64,000 bases of DNA from NCBI GenBank assembly GCA_951406725.2, contig OX597815.1:55366001-55430000 (forward strand). The letters are read 5' to 3'. Of the stretch, positions 28,226-41,196 are shown one piece after another. The notes under the pieces were generated by a model that had not been told where the DNA came from, did not search any database, and saw only the letters and a list, made by a program, of their open reading frames with translations. The DNA is from Octopus vulgaris. Its lineage: Eukaryota. Made by a program: the position numbers and the translations under genes. How positions within the stretch are numbered: position 1 is the stretch's first letter; the number at the start of each line of letters is the position of its first letter.

Positions 28226-29610
28226 TCATCATCATCATTGTCTGCTTTCCATGCTGGCATGTGTTGGATGGTTTGACTGAGGACTGGCAAGCTAGGAGGC
28301 TGCACCAGGCTCCAACCTTATATGGGAAGGTTTCTACAGCTGGATGCCCTTCATAATGCCAACCACTCCAAGAGTGTAGTGTGGTGGTTCCCAAACTATG
28401 AGTCGCGACCCATCTGCTGTCTATCGAGATAGTTCAAGACTTATGTTTCCAATACCAGACTTGTTGTTTTATCAAGCAGTAGGCTTTTTCACAAACTTAA
28501 CAAATCAGAGGTTGTTATTTTCTCAAGTTATTTATTCATATGTAATCGTAAAAAGGAAAGGTCTGTTTTTACCTATTTATAGAGAACTTTAACTAGGCGA
28601 AGTATAACACTGATCGAGCTGATAACAGTTACTACTTCAAGGTTTTGTATTAGTGTTAGTATTTACACATAGGGTATAGAGACGTTGAAACAGTTATAAA
28701 ACGTTTTGTTTCACATTTAATATAAATAGCAAAAAATTTAAATAAATAAGACATTATGGATTTCACTAGTAAGTTTATAAATTATTTAAAAAGTATAGGA
28801 GTGATCACCAGGAAGCTATCAATTAGCCAATGAAATGATTGGAATAGACGGTAGATAGATCAATAGAGTCTATCAGATAAACGGTTTAAATGGCATCACA
28901 TCGATTGAAATGATGTTTATCATTAATTGTAGAAGTTCGCATGATCCCAAACGTTGTATTTTAATTCTGTCAAATCTCTCGCTAAGTCGAAATTATCTGT
29001 CCTTCTAAATTCGATTTTTTCGTATTTACTCAGTCCTTCATATTATGGATAAATGGTTAAAAAAGTCAGTTGAAGCTGATGATGATGTGTCTTCAGTGAA
29101 TCGAAACGAAGAAAAGACCAATCAATCAAAACTAAGCCAGTTAAAGCGAAGAAAAGTATTAAGAAAGTATGATTGCGTGTACTTAAAAATGGGATTTACA
29201 TGGAATGGAGTGGAAGAAGATCCACTATCACACATTGAACCTGATGTTAATTCTATTATTGAGCGTAGCAGAAACAGGCTCATCCTTCTCACAGGCCTCA
29301 CTGAAGATGTAATCTGAAATAAATTTGTTAATTTCATTAATGTTTTTACTCAGTAGAGTTAAGTGGGTCGTCATAAACTGGTGTGATAAATAGTGGGTCG
29401 CGACTCTAAAAAGTTTGGGAACCACTGGTGTAGTGGGTACTTTTTACATGCCACCGGCATGGGCGGCACTGGCATCAACCACTTTTGAAAGGTGCTTTTT
29501 ATGTGCTACCAGTACAGAGCTAGTCAGGCAGCACTGGTATCAACTACACTCGAATGGTGCTTTTTATGTGCGACGAGCACAGGAGTCAGTCAGATGGTAC
29601 TGGTATTGAC
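28226..29610 (-). mobile_element. SINE with an (ATG)n tail, split by the hAT insertion
   Basis: CATCATCATC...TCCATGCTGGCATG at 28226-28381 continues at 29428 after the TSD. Confidence 0.65.
28382..29427 (+). mobile_element. Internally deleted hAT (Charlie/Buster-type) DNA transposon
   Basis: TIRs (TG)GTGGTTCCCAAACT and AGTTTGGGAACCACTG. 8-bp TSD GTGTAGTG at 28374-28381 and 29428-29435. ORF 29045-29317 joins the transposase N-terminus (MDKWLK...RKYD..YL..GFT) to the C-terminus (LSHIEP). Confidence 0.88.
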
Positions 29611-29719
29611 ATATAGACTATTATTCATCATAATGAATTTCCGCACTTTGTTTCAATATAAAAATTTTATATACAGTGACGATATAGGATCTAAAATTTT
29701 TTACAATTATAAATACATT

Positions 29720-30589
29720 TCTCATTATCCCAACAAATTATTAATTTTAAAGGAAATAAATATTACTTGTATGCTTTAATTTTGATGCTTCTCTTTATGG
29801 GGGTGGGTTACATTGACTACGGGGGGCCTAATAATAATGAAGAAAAAATAAATAATATGGGGGCACTAAACTGAATGATGAAGAATGAAGAAAAATCAAA
29901 ACAAATATAAGATAATGGATTTTCTCAAGAAATAAGAAATATTCTTTATCATAATGAAAGCAGTGTTAAAATTTGAAAAGAATTATTGGAAATCAACAAT
30001 GTGCTCATGAATTTTGGAAAGAGTTTCTTCAAAATTTTGAAATGGAATTTCAACAAAAATTTCAATTAGTTACATATCATACCGCTATATGCATTAGATT
30101 GCAATATTGCTCCTGGATGTGGTAGACAATCACAATTAACTCTTCCCTTGAAAGAAGAATTGCTTTTGCAACCAACTAATGGTCCTCTACAATTTAAAGA
30201 TTTGCTTAATACAATTACAACAAATTCTCTGAAACATGTTCAATTGATACAGAACATGAAGTGTACTTCAAGAATTGAATTTCCTCCTGATTTTAAATAT
30301 CTTGTTGTTCAACTCAATAGATTCTTAATTAAACATAATATTAATGTGGAAGGAAGAATCAAACGTAATATAATGAACTTAAGTTCTAAAAAACAGCAAA
30401 TATGTGGCACTAATTTCACTCTGGAATCTGCTGTTATACAGAGGACCAACAACTAGTGCAGGTCATTATACATGCTTAATGAAAAGTGGAGAAGAAAGTT
30501 GGGATGAAATTAGTGACAATATAATCACAAAATAATATAATAAATTTCCTCCCAAAATGCCTGATGTTCTATTTATGGAAAAATTGTAA
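29720..30589 (+). pseudogene. Decayed intronless ubiquitin-specific protease (peptidase C19)-like ORF
   Basis: QQCAHEF at 29994-30014, then PPDFKYLVVQLNRF, then FTLESAVI[frameshift]GPTTSAGHYTC...WDEISD (GHY at 30461-30469). Frameshifts and stops are present. Confidence 0.65.
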
Positions 30590-31157
30590 AAATATCAGGC
30601 ATTAAATTCATAAATTTAAACAAATTCAATTGATTAATTCAATAATGTATTATTTAGAAAAAAAATTCATATTTTCAATTCCATAATTTTTTAAAAAATT
30701 GAATACTAGAAAATTACAGCTTTAAACCAAAAATTAAATATAAATATTGCTTATGAATTTAAAAAGAAAAATTTTTTAAAAAGTAAATTTTTAATAAATT
30801 TTTTGTATTTTTTTATAGGTTATAGAAAGTCAGTTATATCTTATTTATAGAAATTGGAATTATAAATTGGATATAATATGGAATGTTAGTATATATATGA
30901 AAACTTCATTTAAAAAAAAAATTATTCCTTAAAATTTAATGATACAATATTGTTATTATTTCTTTGTTTCAATGGGCAGACCTGAAGGTTTCTAGTAATG
31001 CTGTTCAGAAAAAGCAAAAGAACAGGTGGCTCCTCGTGCCTTATGGTGGATGCACACTGCAATGGAACCCTGTCCAGATAACCTTTTCCTATTTTTAGAA
31101 TAAAAAAAAAATACAACTTAAAATTCCTATTTTCATTCATTCATCAACAAAGAAGAA

Positions 31158-31566
31158 TACTCTTTTACTCTTTTTACTTGTTTCAGTCATTTGACTGTGG
31201 CCATGCTGGAGTACCGCCTTTTAGTCGAGCAAATCGACCCCAGGATTTATTCTTTGTAAGCCTAGTACTTATTCTATCAGTCTCTTTTGCCAAACCACTA
31301 AGTTACGGGGACGTAAACACACCACCATCAGTTGTCAAGTGATGTTGGGGGGACAAACACACACACAATCATATACACACACATATATAAATATACATAT
31401 ATACGACGAGCTTCTTTCAGTTTCCGTCTACCAAATCCACTCACAAGGCTCTGGTCAGCCCGAGGCTATAGTAGAAGACACTTGCTCAAGGTGCCACGCA
31501 GTGGGACTGAACCCAGAACCATGTGGTTCGTAAGCAAGCTACTTACCACACAGCCACTTCTGTACC
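31158..31566 (-). mobile_element. Full-length OK-like SINE
   Basis: Reverse complement of the 26361-26776 family. Confidence 0.9.
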
Positions 31567-32401
31567 TATTAATAATTCAAATATTTTTAAATAATAGAAT
31601 ATTTATTAGTTTTATTGCATTGCCTGGAAAGAAAAGTGGATTATAATGAAAAATGGAGGTTCATGCATGTTAACATTCTTAAGTTGTTACACCTGGAAAA
31701 GTACTGAACAAGATTTCTACAGTAGAATTTTCCCCCACCCCAACATCATGGTGGATAGGTGACTTTAAAACAGAATAGAGCAGTAATCTTTAGATCAGGT
31801 GGGGCATGTTGAGGAATGGAGGGCAACAAGGATGAGGGACCAAAAGTGAGGAGAAGTGACATCACTTTGTTTATTGCAAAAATGAATTTCATTTCCATAA
31901 TTAGCATACAAAACTGCATGAGTACACCAAATTTGAAAACAAGTGGAACAAAATTAAAAGAATTGAAAACTGTGAACACCCAAAGATCAAATTATCAAGA
32001 AAAAAGAAACAACTCACGAAGATAACGAAAAGAAAAAAAGGTGGGATTAAGCAGCAGAAAATGGGAGTTGGGTAACAGATTATACACTCCCAGACAGGGC
32101 CTAGAAAGGAAATTTTGCAAGGTGGTACAAGACACCTTGAGGGCCCCAGGCTGTAGGAAGATACTCTTGATGCTATCATATATCTATACAACTAGGCCTA
32201 TAATAATTAATAACAAATACTAATAAAGAGAAGTGTGGTGTGATAAGTATAGTGATGTTTTTGTCAGGCTGAGGGTGGTAGAAAGTGCTTGTTTTCAAGG
32301 GGGGATGGATGTTACAAGATTGTTGTAACTCTTGGGTCCCAGAACAAAGTACCGGTTGAACCCCACTCTTGAGGGCCCTGCCCCCAGACCAAATGGCGTA
32401 T

Positions 32402-32695
32402 TCAGCCATGTTTTGTGGACATAATTGCAAAGGAGTTGTCACAGAGAATGGCCAGCAACACTCGTTGCAACAACCACCCTATCGTGGGGATCGTTTCTCA
32501 AATGGGTCTCAATTTTGCAGAGAGAATCAGCAATGTGGGATCCAAGAACACCTAAGGTCTCGATGGTGACCGGCTCAAACAAACAGCAACCAGTCAGGCT
32601 CCTGTATTTGCTTACCTTCCTCTCCCCTATGTTACAGGCGGTGATATCAGAGTTTGCGGCCTATGCACGAGGCTTGGAGCCAGAGAAAAGAAAAA
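32402..32695 (-). pseudogene. 3' end of a CRE-like (restriction-like endonuclease) non-LTR retrotransposon
   Basis: Minus-strand translation ERKVSKYRSL...FEPVTIETLGVLG...[frameshift]WLLQRVLLAILCDNSFAIM resembles the CRE C-terminal pattern K..KY, P.A.ETLG, QR.S.AI.RGN. Confidence 0.65.
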
Positions 32696-32918
32696 CGAAA
32701 AAAGAATTAACAGCATGTAAATAATGGGTTGAAAAACTTTTTCAGATAGAGAAAATCGAAGGCTGCCTGTAGGACTCGAACCACATCCCCTCTAGTCGTG
32801 ACAGGCGTCTTACCAATGTCATGTGTACAGAATATGTGGCTTTTCAACTCAAATTTACAGGCTATCAGTTACCTTTATGTGTGCATCTACGCGTGTAGGA
32901 TTACATTGTCAAACGAGT

Positions 32919-33562
32919 TCTGGCTAATGTTTACTCGAACACCCGGCCACGAAAACAAGTGTAATAGGCGTAAAAAAATGTGTACTAAACGAATATGAGA
33001 AACATTTGCGCCAACGAACCGATTATAAAGAACTTTGGGGCATAAACTTTTTCAGAAAAATGCATTGTTCAAAGTAGGTGCGAATCTGCATTAACCCCAG
33101 AAATTTGTGGGGAAAAGGATTTTTTCCGAGGGATTGGGGAGAGGACTTTCAATGAGAAAGAAATTCATAAATTATTTTTTTACTTGAATGTAATGGAAAA
33201 AAGTTGGGCGATCTTTCGTTTGTAGTAGCACGTTTCCGTCGATGATTTCCGTAAAAAACTTTTATTTTTTTACATATGGGTTTGCGGGAACATTTGAAGT
33301 AATGAGAGCGAAAGAGACTAAGAGGAAGCGATTTTATGACGAGGGAATTTGTTTTGAAGTTACCGAAGCATTGATGTACATGTGTGTGTGTGTGTTTGAT
33401 GGGGTGTGGGAGACAGACAGTATGTTGTGTAAGTGAAGTGCTTCTGTTAGTGTGTGTGAAGAGACAGAGAGAGTAATGTGTGAAAGAGAGAGATAACTGA
33501 AATTTTTTACTCGGTGTATGTGTATATGTATGTCTGAATGTATGTATGTGTGTGTGTAAGTA

Positions 33563-33593
<31 letters not shown>

Positions 33594-34530
33594 ATGGCCG
33601 ATTCAGTGTACACTGAATCGGCCATACATACATACATACACACATACATAGATACATACACACATACACACACACACACATACATAGATACATACACACA
33701 CACACATACATGCATACATACATACATATACACATACACCGAGTAAAAAATTTCAGTTATCTCTCTCTTTCACACATTACTCTCTCTGTCTCTTCACACA
33801 CACTAACAGAAGCACTTCACTTACACAACATACTGTCTGTCTCCCACACCCCATCAAACACACACACACACACACATGTACATCAAAGCTTCGGTAACTT
33901 CAAAACAAATTCCCTCGTCATAAAATCGCTTCCTCTTAGTCTCTTTCGCTCTCATTACTTCAAATGTTCCCGCAAACCCATATGTAAAAAAATAAAAGTT
34001 TTTTTATGGAAATCATCGACGGAAACGTGCTACTACAAACGAAAGATCGCCAAAAGGGGTTTTAAAAAAACTTTTAGATGCATTTATTTTTTGTTTGAGT
34101 TATAGAAAAAGTATTTGAGAATGAGTCCATGTATCATGATAAGAGAAACATTCATAAATACGGTGTTGAATATGGTTTCATTACGGAAAAAATATCAAGG
34201 GCAATTAAGCTGTTGTTTTTAGCACATCTCACGACCATCTGATACCTTCCTTGTTGTTTAATATTTTCTCCCCATAAACACATCTGAGTAATGGAAAAAG
34301 GTTTAAGAAAAAAATGCAGCATATGTACCCCCACCTCCGACTTCGTTGTCTCTTAACTTCCAGCAAAAAAATATTTCATTACCGAAAATAAAACAAATTT
34401 TTAACAAAAGAAAATTTGCGCTAGGCGCAAATTTTTTTCTCATTTTCGTTTAATACACATTTTTTTTTTACACCTGTAACACTTTTTTTTTTCGGTGGCC
34501 GCCGGGTGTTAAAGTAAACATTAACCCAGA
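32919..34530. mobile_element. TIR element of the GGTTAATGTTTAC family containing a nested palindrome
   Basis: Left end TCTGGCTAATGTTTACTCGAACACCCGGCCAC versus right end GTGGCCGCCGGGTGTTAAAGTAAACATTAACCCAGA. Confidence 0.6.
33204..34055. repeat. ~850-bp spacer-less palindrome
   Basis: Centre GGCCGATTCAGTGT|ACACTGAATCGGCC (33609/33610). Arms of about 400-440 bp are reverse-complementary. Confidence 0.95.
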
Positions 34531-35544
34531 GCGCCTTAAGATTTTCACGACTGGAGACTTCTAAATGACTGCCTGTTCCATATCCGTATATCCTTTCATA
34601 AGCCTGTCGAAACCCTTGAGGCGAGTACCCTTATGTAATAGTATAACTTTCAAAAGATATCAATAGCTTAATTTTGTACTTTTTACGGGGTAAAAGAGAA
34701 CTAGCGTACGTGCTTGATTGTTTAAAATGAAATGATGTAATAGATTTCTAACAATTTAAATTCACTTGAAAAAAGAAGTACGAAACAGCAAATATTCACC
34801 TGATAAGTTGACATGCAACGTCCAAGTCCTAAACATGATTGAATGTGTGTTTAATTTTGGACTGTATACTTCCTCTATAACACCGCATGCGTACGATTAT
34901 ACATATTGTTATTTCTATGTATTCACTGTTAGAGGTCACGAATAGCATGTCCACTTAGGTAGGATTTACTACGTTTTGATGAGGATTTTTCAATCTCTTT
35001 AATTATTTCTTTTACCACTCATTTTAAAACGACGGGGGGAAGCGATTTATGAAAGCATAAATTTTTTAAAATTTATATTTTACACAAACATTCCTTCCGC
35101 CCCATTCCTTCAGGGTGGATTTTTTCCAAATTGTCTCTTTTTGCACTACACACTTCATAAAAATGAGACAAGCATTTTTTTTTTCAAAAGAAACATGAAA
35201 ATAGTTGAAATCCATGAAAATCCATTACTTTGGAATCCTACCTTTCTTTCAATCAGAAAATTAAACGTAATTTGTTTTTTAACACCAACAGTAAAAATGA
35301 ATTAAAAAAAACAATAGTGAAACCATATTCAGCACGTATTTATGAATCTTTTTCAACATCAACACAAAATTATACATGTAAGTTTAGCGTACCATTTTTA
35401 CTTTCACAAACTTTATTTTTGTCTTTTGTCTTTCAGACTTTAATTTCCCTCCGAGGTTTTGCAGATGAATTATATTAGTAATAATAAATAACAATCAACT
35501 GACTAATAATAAAGGCGTGGAATGGAACCAGTGCGTATTAATAA

Positions 35545-35681
35545 TCCTTTCTTCTATAGACACAAGGCCTGCATTTTTTTTTGTGGTGGGTAAGTCGATT
35601 ACATCGAACCCAGTGCTTGACCCCGAAAGGATGACAGGCAAAGCCGACCTCGGCGGAATTTGAACTCACAACGTAAAGACG
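35545..35681 (-). mobile_element. SINE fragment
   Basis: GTCGATTACATCGA...CGACCTCGGCGGAATTTGAACTC; family of 26908. Confidence 0.65.
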
Positions 35682-35888
35682 AGACACAACATAATGTTAT
35701 GGTGTTTGTTTATGCCTGTATGACACAGTTATCTTTCTTCACGAATCGATATATTATATAGCTTAAATTTTATTTTTATCAGATAAACATTTTACAGGAA
35801 CCTTTTCGTTATAATTACACATATCTTTTTATTATTCACATGCTAGTCACTGCTTTTCCTAAAATTAATAACGATATGTAGCGATTAT

Positions 35889-35937
35889 GGTTAATGTTTA
35901 CATCTTGACATTAACTATCAAGATGTAAACATTAACC
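35889..35937. mobile_element. 49-bp minimal TIR element
   Basis: 20-bp perfect TIRs GGTTAATGTTTACATCTTGA, 9-bp spacer, flanks GCGATTAT/GCGATTAC (8-bp TSD with one mismatch). Confidence 0.8.
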
Positions 35938-36013
35938 GCGATTACTACTACTAATCAAAATCCACACACGATCTCATTTCGCTTTTTAACAGCTTCAGCA
36001 GCTAATAATAATT

Positions 36014-36206
36014 CTCTCAAATTTTGGCACAAAGCGAATAATTTTAGAATTAGTTAATTGCTTACATTCCCCTTCCCCCAATTCTCAACTTCTCGATTTC
36101 GAATGAATGAACGGTGAAATCGACCTCAGCGGAATTTGAAGCGAAAGCGTTAAAAAGTCAGAAAAAAAATGCCACTAAGCATTTTATCTGATGCGCCAGC
36201 GATTCT
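36014..36206 (-). mobile_element. SINE fragment
   Basis: CGACCTCAGCGGAATTTGAA...GCGCCAGCGATTCT; family of 26908. Confidence 0.55.
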
Positions 36207-36810
36207 CACAATAATAAATTTGAAACATTGCTGGGCAATCTGAGTTTAGGATATATAACTTCCACTTTGGTTAGCAGTTAATATTATTTCATGAGTGTCA
36301 TTTTTCCCTTGATCCTCTTTCAGTTGACCTAGATATTATTTTTATTTTATTTATTTATTTATTTCTGATGTCTAGAGATGGATATTAATGAGTATGAGTC
36401 TGTTTTCTGGAGAATTGAAGCGGTAAATTTACATTATACTGTCTTACTCAGTAACAAAGAAACGAGGAAGGTGGTCTTCGGATGAGCTAGAAACAACAGC
36501 CAAGTCTTAAATAGCACATCTTCGTCAAAAAATATTTACAAATTTTCTTTTTTTTTTTTTCTTTTTTACCGAAGGGGGATCTTTTCTGTTTGGTTGTACC
36601 TGGTGCGTAGTGCTAAAAAAATTGGCCAAAATTGATCTGGAAGGGAGGGGATAAAAAGACGCCCCCTATCATTTCGAAGGCCAAAGTGAAAATAAAATTG
36701 TAAAATTCCCCGCCAAAACGGAGAAATTTCAAGTTATGTGGACGTCCTGATCCGAAACTCCACTGAAAAATCTTACACACACACACACACATACATACAT
36801 TCATACATAG

Positions 36811-37751
36811 TGGTTTATGTTTACATCTCGACCGGGAAATGAAAATCTAAAAAATATACTGGAATGGTGGTAAAACAATGTTTTTTTTTCAATAAAATTT
36901 TATAGAAATACCTTTCAAACGGCATACATTACAATTATAAAGAAATTTTGGGGGGAAATCCTTTCCAAGGGGCTGGGGAGGGGACTTCGGAAAATTCACA
37001 AGATCCGAGCTTTTCCCTCGTAACTTTTAGGAATATGGGTTTTTTTTTTTTCAATAAAATTTTATAGAAATACCGTTCAAACGGCATGCATTACGATTAT
37101 AAAGAAATTTGGGAAAGACTTCCGACCCCCCCCCCCCCTCCCATTTTATCCCAAATTTGTTTATTTTTGTAAATTTTTTTTTTGCCAAAAACACCCGTTT
37201 TGGGATACGAAGGTTCCAGGAAATTGCCAAAAATCGGCATTGTGAACTTCCCCACCTTTCCCCCAACTTCTTCAATTTTGACTTTTTTCCCCAACACTAA
37301 CCTTAAACCCTAACCTAAAACCCTAACCCTAAAATCGTAACCGTAAGTACAGAAATGTTTTGAAATTTTTGTCCGAATCATGATGTCCGTATTTTTCCGC
37401 ATATTTAGAAAATTAAAAAAATTCTTTAAAAAAATTTTACAAAGATTTTTCAGAATTATAATCTCCGTATTTTTCTGCATATTTTTAAAAAAAAAAATTG
37501 TGAAAAAAGTTTAAAACAAAGGAAATGGGGGTGGTAATTTAGAAATGTCGATTTTTGTCAATTTTTTGCAGATTCGTATTCCCCGTAGCCGAAAAGGGGG
37601 ATTTGTGTTGAAAAAAAAATTTTTTAAGGGTGGATTTTTTTGTGGGGGTGGGCAATGTCTTGCCGAAATTTGTGGGGAAAATCTTTTCCAAGAGGGTGGG
37701 GAGAGGACTTCGGAAAATTCACAAGACCTGAATTTTGCGGGTCAAGATGTA
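36811..37751. mobile_element. GGTTAATG-family TIR element with internal CCCTAA repeats
   Basis: Left GGTTTATGTTTACATCTCGACC, right GGTCAAGATGTA. CCCTAA-like repeats at 37296-37345. Internal AATACC.TTCAAACGGCAT module also seen near 45090, 51980 and 60330. Confidence 0.55.
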
Positions 37752-38039
37752 GAGGTTAATGTTTAGGTTAGAAAAGGTTATTTTATTTACCTATTTCTTT
37801 ATTAGGTTAGAAAAGGTTATTTTATTTACCGTTACCCAAAACCACGATGTGGTGGAATGTATAACTAGTAAATGGAGAAGCATGCAAGGTAAAAAGAAAA
37901 GTTAATTTCAGCCTGTATGTGTGTACACGTTCTCATAGTAGTAACCCACAGATAAAGATAGAATGATGTAAGAGAAAAGAACTCGAGCTAGTAAAAGTTA
38001 TAGAGTCGAAGGATGTTGTGTCTCATAACCTTCTTTCTC

Positions 38040-38225
38040 TCTCTGTCCCTAATGGTCGCTGTCACTGCGTTTTCACCAACTCGCTTCTTCAACAATAGAA
38101 TTCGTTGGAGGTCTGTGATATCTGTTCTAGCTATTGGTGAAATGGAAGAGGTTAGAAGGGTCAAGTGGCGAAGACATTATTTTGCTTAGCTAAAGCATCT
38201 GGCAAATTTAACTGCTGTCACAGAA
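38040..38225 (-). mobile_element. Fragment homologous to the Tx1-like LINE ORF1 region at 54660-54800
   Basis: GTTAGAAGGGTCAAGTGGCGAAGACATT...GGCAAATTTAACTGCTGTCAC aligns with the reverse complement of 54660-54730. Confidence 0.65.
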
Positions 38226-38227
38226 AA

Positions 38228-39311
38228 ACTATTGATCTGGTTTTTGTATTTGAAAGGACGCACACCACGGGAGACTTTTGATGAAATGAAAGTAACTTAT
38301 GGTGATGATGCCCCATCATATGACCTTGTAAAACGCTGGCATTATGAATTCAAACATAGTCGGAACTCTGTGGAAACAGCTCCCAGATCTGGTCGCCCCC
38401 TTCTGCCGTTGATGAGACGTCTGTCCGTCAAGTTGAGGTTGCCATTTTGGAAGGTCAACGCATAACTATTCGCCAAATAGCCCATAAGGTCAAGATTAGT
38501 ACCGGGTCTGTGGAAACTATCATTCATGACCATTTGCATATGCAAAAGGTGTCTGCCAGATGGATTTCCAGGTTGCTCACACCTTTCCAGAAGCAAGAAC
38601 GCGTTGAGTGCTCAAGGATGAATTTGGAGATGTGCCAAGAAGATGAGTCAAAATTTTTCAAAAGACTGATCACACAGGATAAAACTTGGGTCCATCACTA
38701 TGATCCATAGACCAAAGCCCAGTCAATGCAGTGAAAGCACCGTGACTCACCTCCTCCAAAGAAGGCAAGGGTGCAGCCCTCCGCTGACAAGGTTATGCTC
38801 ACAGTCTTCTGGGACCAGGACGGAGTAGTGATGACAGATTTCCTGGTAAAGGGTACCACAATTACAGGAGCCTATTATGCTTCACTTTTGAGGAAATTAA
38901 GAGAAGCTATCAAAATCAAGAGGCGGGGCAAGATCAGCAAAGGCATCCTCCTCCTGCAGGACAACGCTCCGGTCCACAACTCGCGTGTCGCCAGATCAGA
39001 AGCACAGGCGTGCAGCTATGAACTCCTCCCCTTGCACCCTCTGATTTTCACCTCTTCCCAGCCATGAAGTTGATTTTGAAAGGAAAGCGTTTCCCAGATG
39101 ATGCAGCCTTGATTTCTGAGGTCACGTCGTGGTTGGAGGACCAAGCTGGGGTCTTCTACAAAAAACGGTCTCCAGAGCTGTATCAAACGATGGGAGAAAT
39201 GCAAAACTCTGGGTAGTTCCTATGTAGGAAAAGACTAATAACTGTGCCAAGTGTCGTTGCTCTACTGCTATAGGAAGTGGGTCAGGGGCATTACTTATTG
39301 AACGCCCCTCG
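38228..39311 (+). mobile_element. Mariner transposon relic (5'-truncated, transposase pseudogene)
   Basis: PRSGRP, KVSARWI.RLL, ITQDKTWVHHYDP, VFWD, LLQDNAPVH, LAPSDFHLFP, RWEKC. Right TIR ACTTATTGAACGCCCCTCG followed by TA. Stops and frameshifts present. Confidence 0.92.
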
Positions 39312-39418
39312 TATATATATATATATATGCATATAAACATATATATATATATATATATGCATATAAACATATATATTTGTATGTATATATGCATATATAT
39401 ATGTATATATGCATTATG

Positions 39419-39451
<33 letters not shown>

Positions 39452-39469
39452 ACATATGCATATATATAT

Positions 39470-41149
39470 TATGATTGAACGCCACGCATCCTCTTCCAAG
39501 TAAGTTTTATCTTAATAATTCTGATGGGCACTCTATACGATCTTTTTACTCTTTTGTTTTTCTCTCTTATTCTTATACCTCCTCTTCTCCCACTGTTCTA
39601 TCCTATTACTGTCACTCTCTCCTTCACTCCTCCTTTGCTCACGTGGCTCCCACGTGACCGTCGGCCATCTTTCTTTCTCTGGAACAAGGAAGACGTGTTC
39701 TTGTTAGTCTCCTGTCCTAGCTTGATTTACGTGTTCGCCACCACAACCTCGTTTTGGCTTAGCAGCCCTTCCTGTTTGTTTTTCACTGTCCTGGTTGTGT
39801 TACCTATTTTGACCCTCCGCAAAATCCCAAATTTTATTTAATTTGCTTTGCGGGAGCAACTGTTTTATCGAAAGCGTACATTGTTGTTAAATGCTCGAAA
39901 TACGGGACTAGAAAAACAGCCAACAACTAATTGTTTTGTTTTCCATTTGTGTCTTTCGTTGTTCGAAAAAATAGTTAATGTTCCATGTACTCGTGCTTCG
40001 TACTTCTTTTGTTGTACAAAGCACGAGTAATTAAGCCAGCAGTACCTAGTCGAACAAACACTTCCGCGCATGCGTAATACAATAATGGTGATGTTTTTAA
40101 CTGTTATATGGGAATGTAAATATGTTTGCAAATTGTTTTTGTTACATGTTATTCTGTGTTCTGAATACTTTTATTTTAATAAATGTTGCTTACTGCAAGT
40201 TATGGATGATTCTTTTATGACTTCATTGCTTTCAGGCTTAGCTTAAGCTATTTTCGCGCCCGACATCACAAAATGCGTCTGAATAAACATTGCCGGACAG
40301 CAAATAGAGACTCGGACATTGCTTAGAAAATATTTTCCATTTTTAACTTCGTATATAGTACGCACTGGGGATTTTGACCTTTAAATTTGGGGGGGAAAAT
40401 GCGGATTATACTCGAGGATTTACGGTAATTTTTTCTCTATGTTAGACCACTGGTAGTAAAAATTTCTAAAATCTTTATTACCCTGATATTATTAAACATA
40501 TATATCCCCACTCTCTCTCACATTTCTCTGCCTTTCTTACTTTGCACTTCACTATGTCCCTGTCTCTCTTTTTTTTTCTCGCCACTCCTTGATTCTTCAG
40601 TCTATCTACTTCTACACACTCTCTCTCTTCTCCCCTCCTTAATTCCTTTGTTCCTCTTTTCTCTCTCTTCTCTTCTCACGTGACCGAGGCCGACTGCTAG
40701 CCCTTTTGCGTTTGACTGGTCACTGCCACGTCAATATTCTTCCCTCTGCCACGAGGCTTAATTTCCATACACGCCAGCTGAATTCAATTCGTCCCCAGTC
40801 AAAAGACGCATGTTCTTATGTCCTGTTATTATTATTATCATTGCTTTTTTTTTTATTGTATTTTGTATTTATATTCGTGTAACATCGTCTGTTTTTTCGT
40901 CCTTGTTTCGTATACATTCGTTACTTTTTTCCAAGGGATCTAATGCTCTTAGCTTAGTTTTTCCTTGGGGGCTGGCCAGATTGGAGCAATCTGAAGATTA
41001 ATCAGCCGAAATTGCGAGGATGACCGGTTCTTGAGTGAAGATAAAAGGCTTCGAATGACCCGTCCGTGGTTTTTTTTTTGTGTATTGTCTATCTGGATGT
41101 TTTGTTGCCCCATTTTGTATTTTATTTTATATATATATTTATTTATATA

Positions 41150-41196
<47 letters not shown>

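Noticed and set aside
32280-32480. Tyrosine recombinase motif (GHSL...FNRY) on the minus strand
   Set aside because: A different frame gives a better, collinear match to the CRE-type retrotransposon C-terminus.
40985-41070. Hammerhead-like CTGAAGA...GAAA
   Set aside because: Stem II and the cleavage triplet with stems I and III cannot be formed convincingly.
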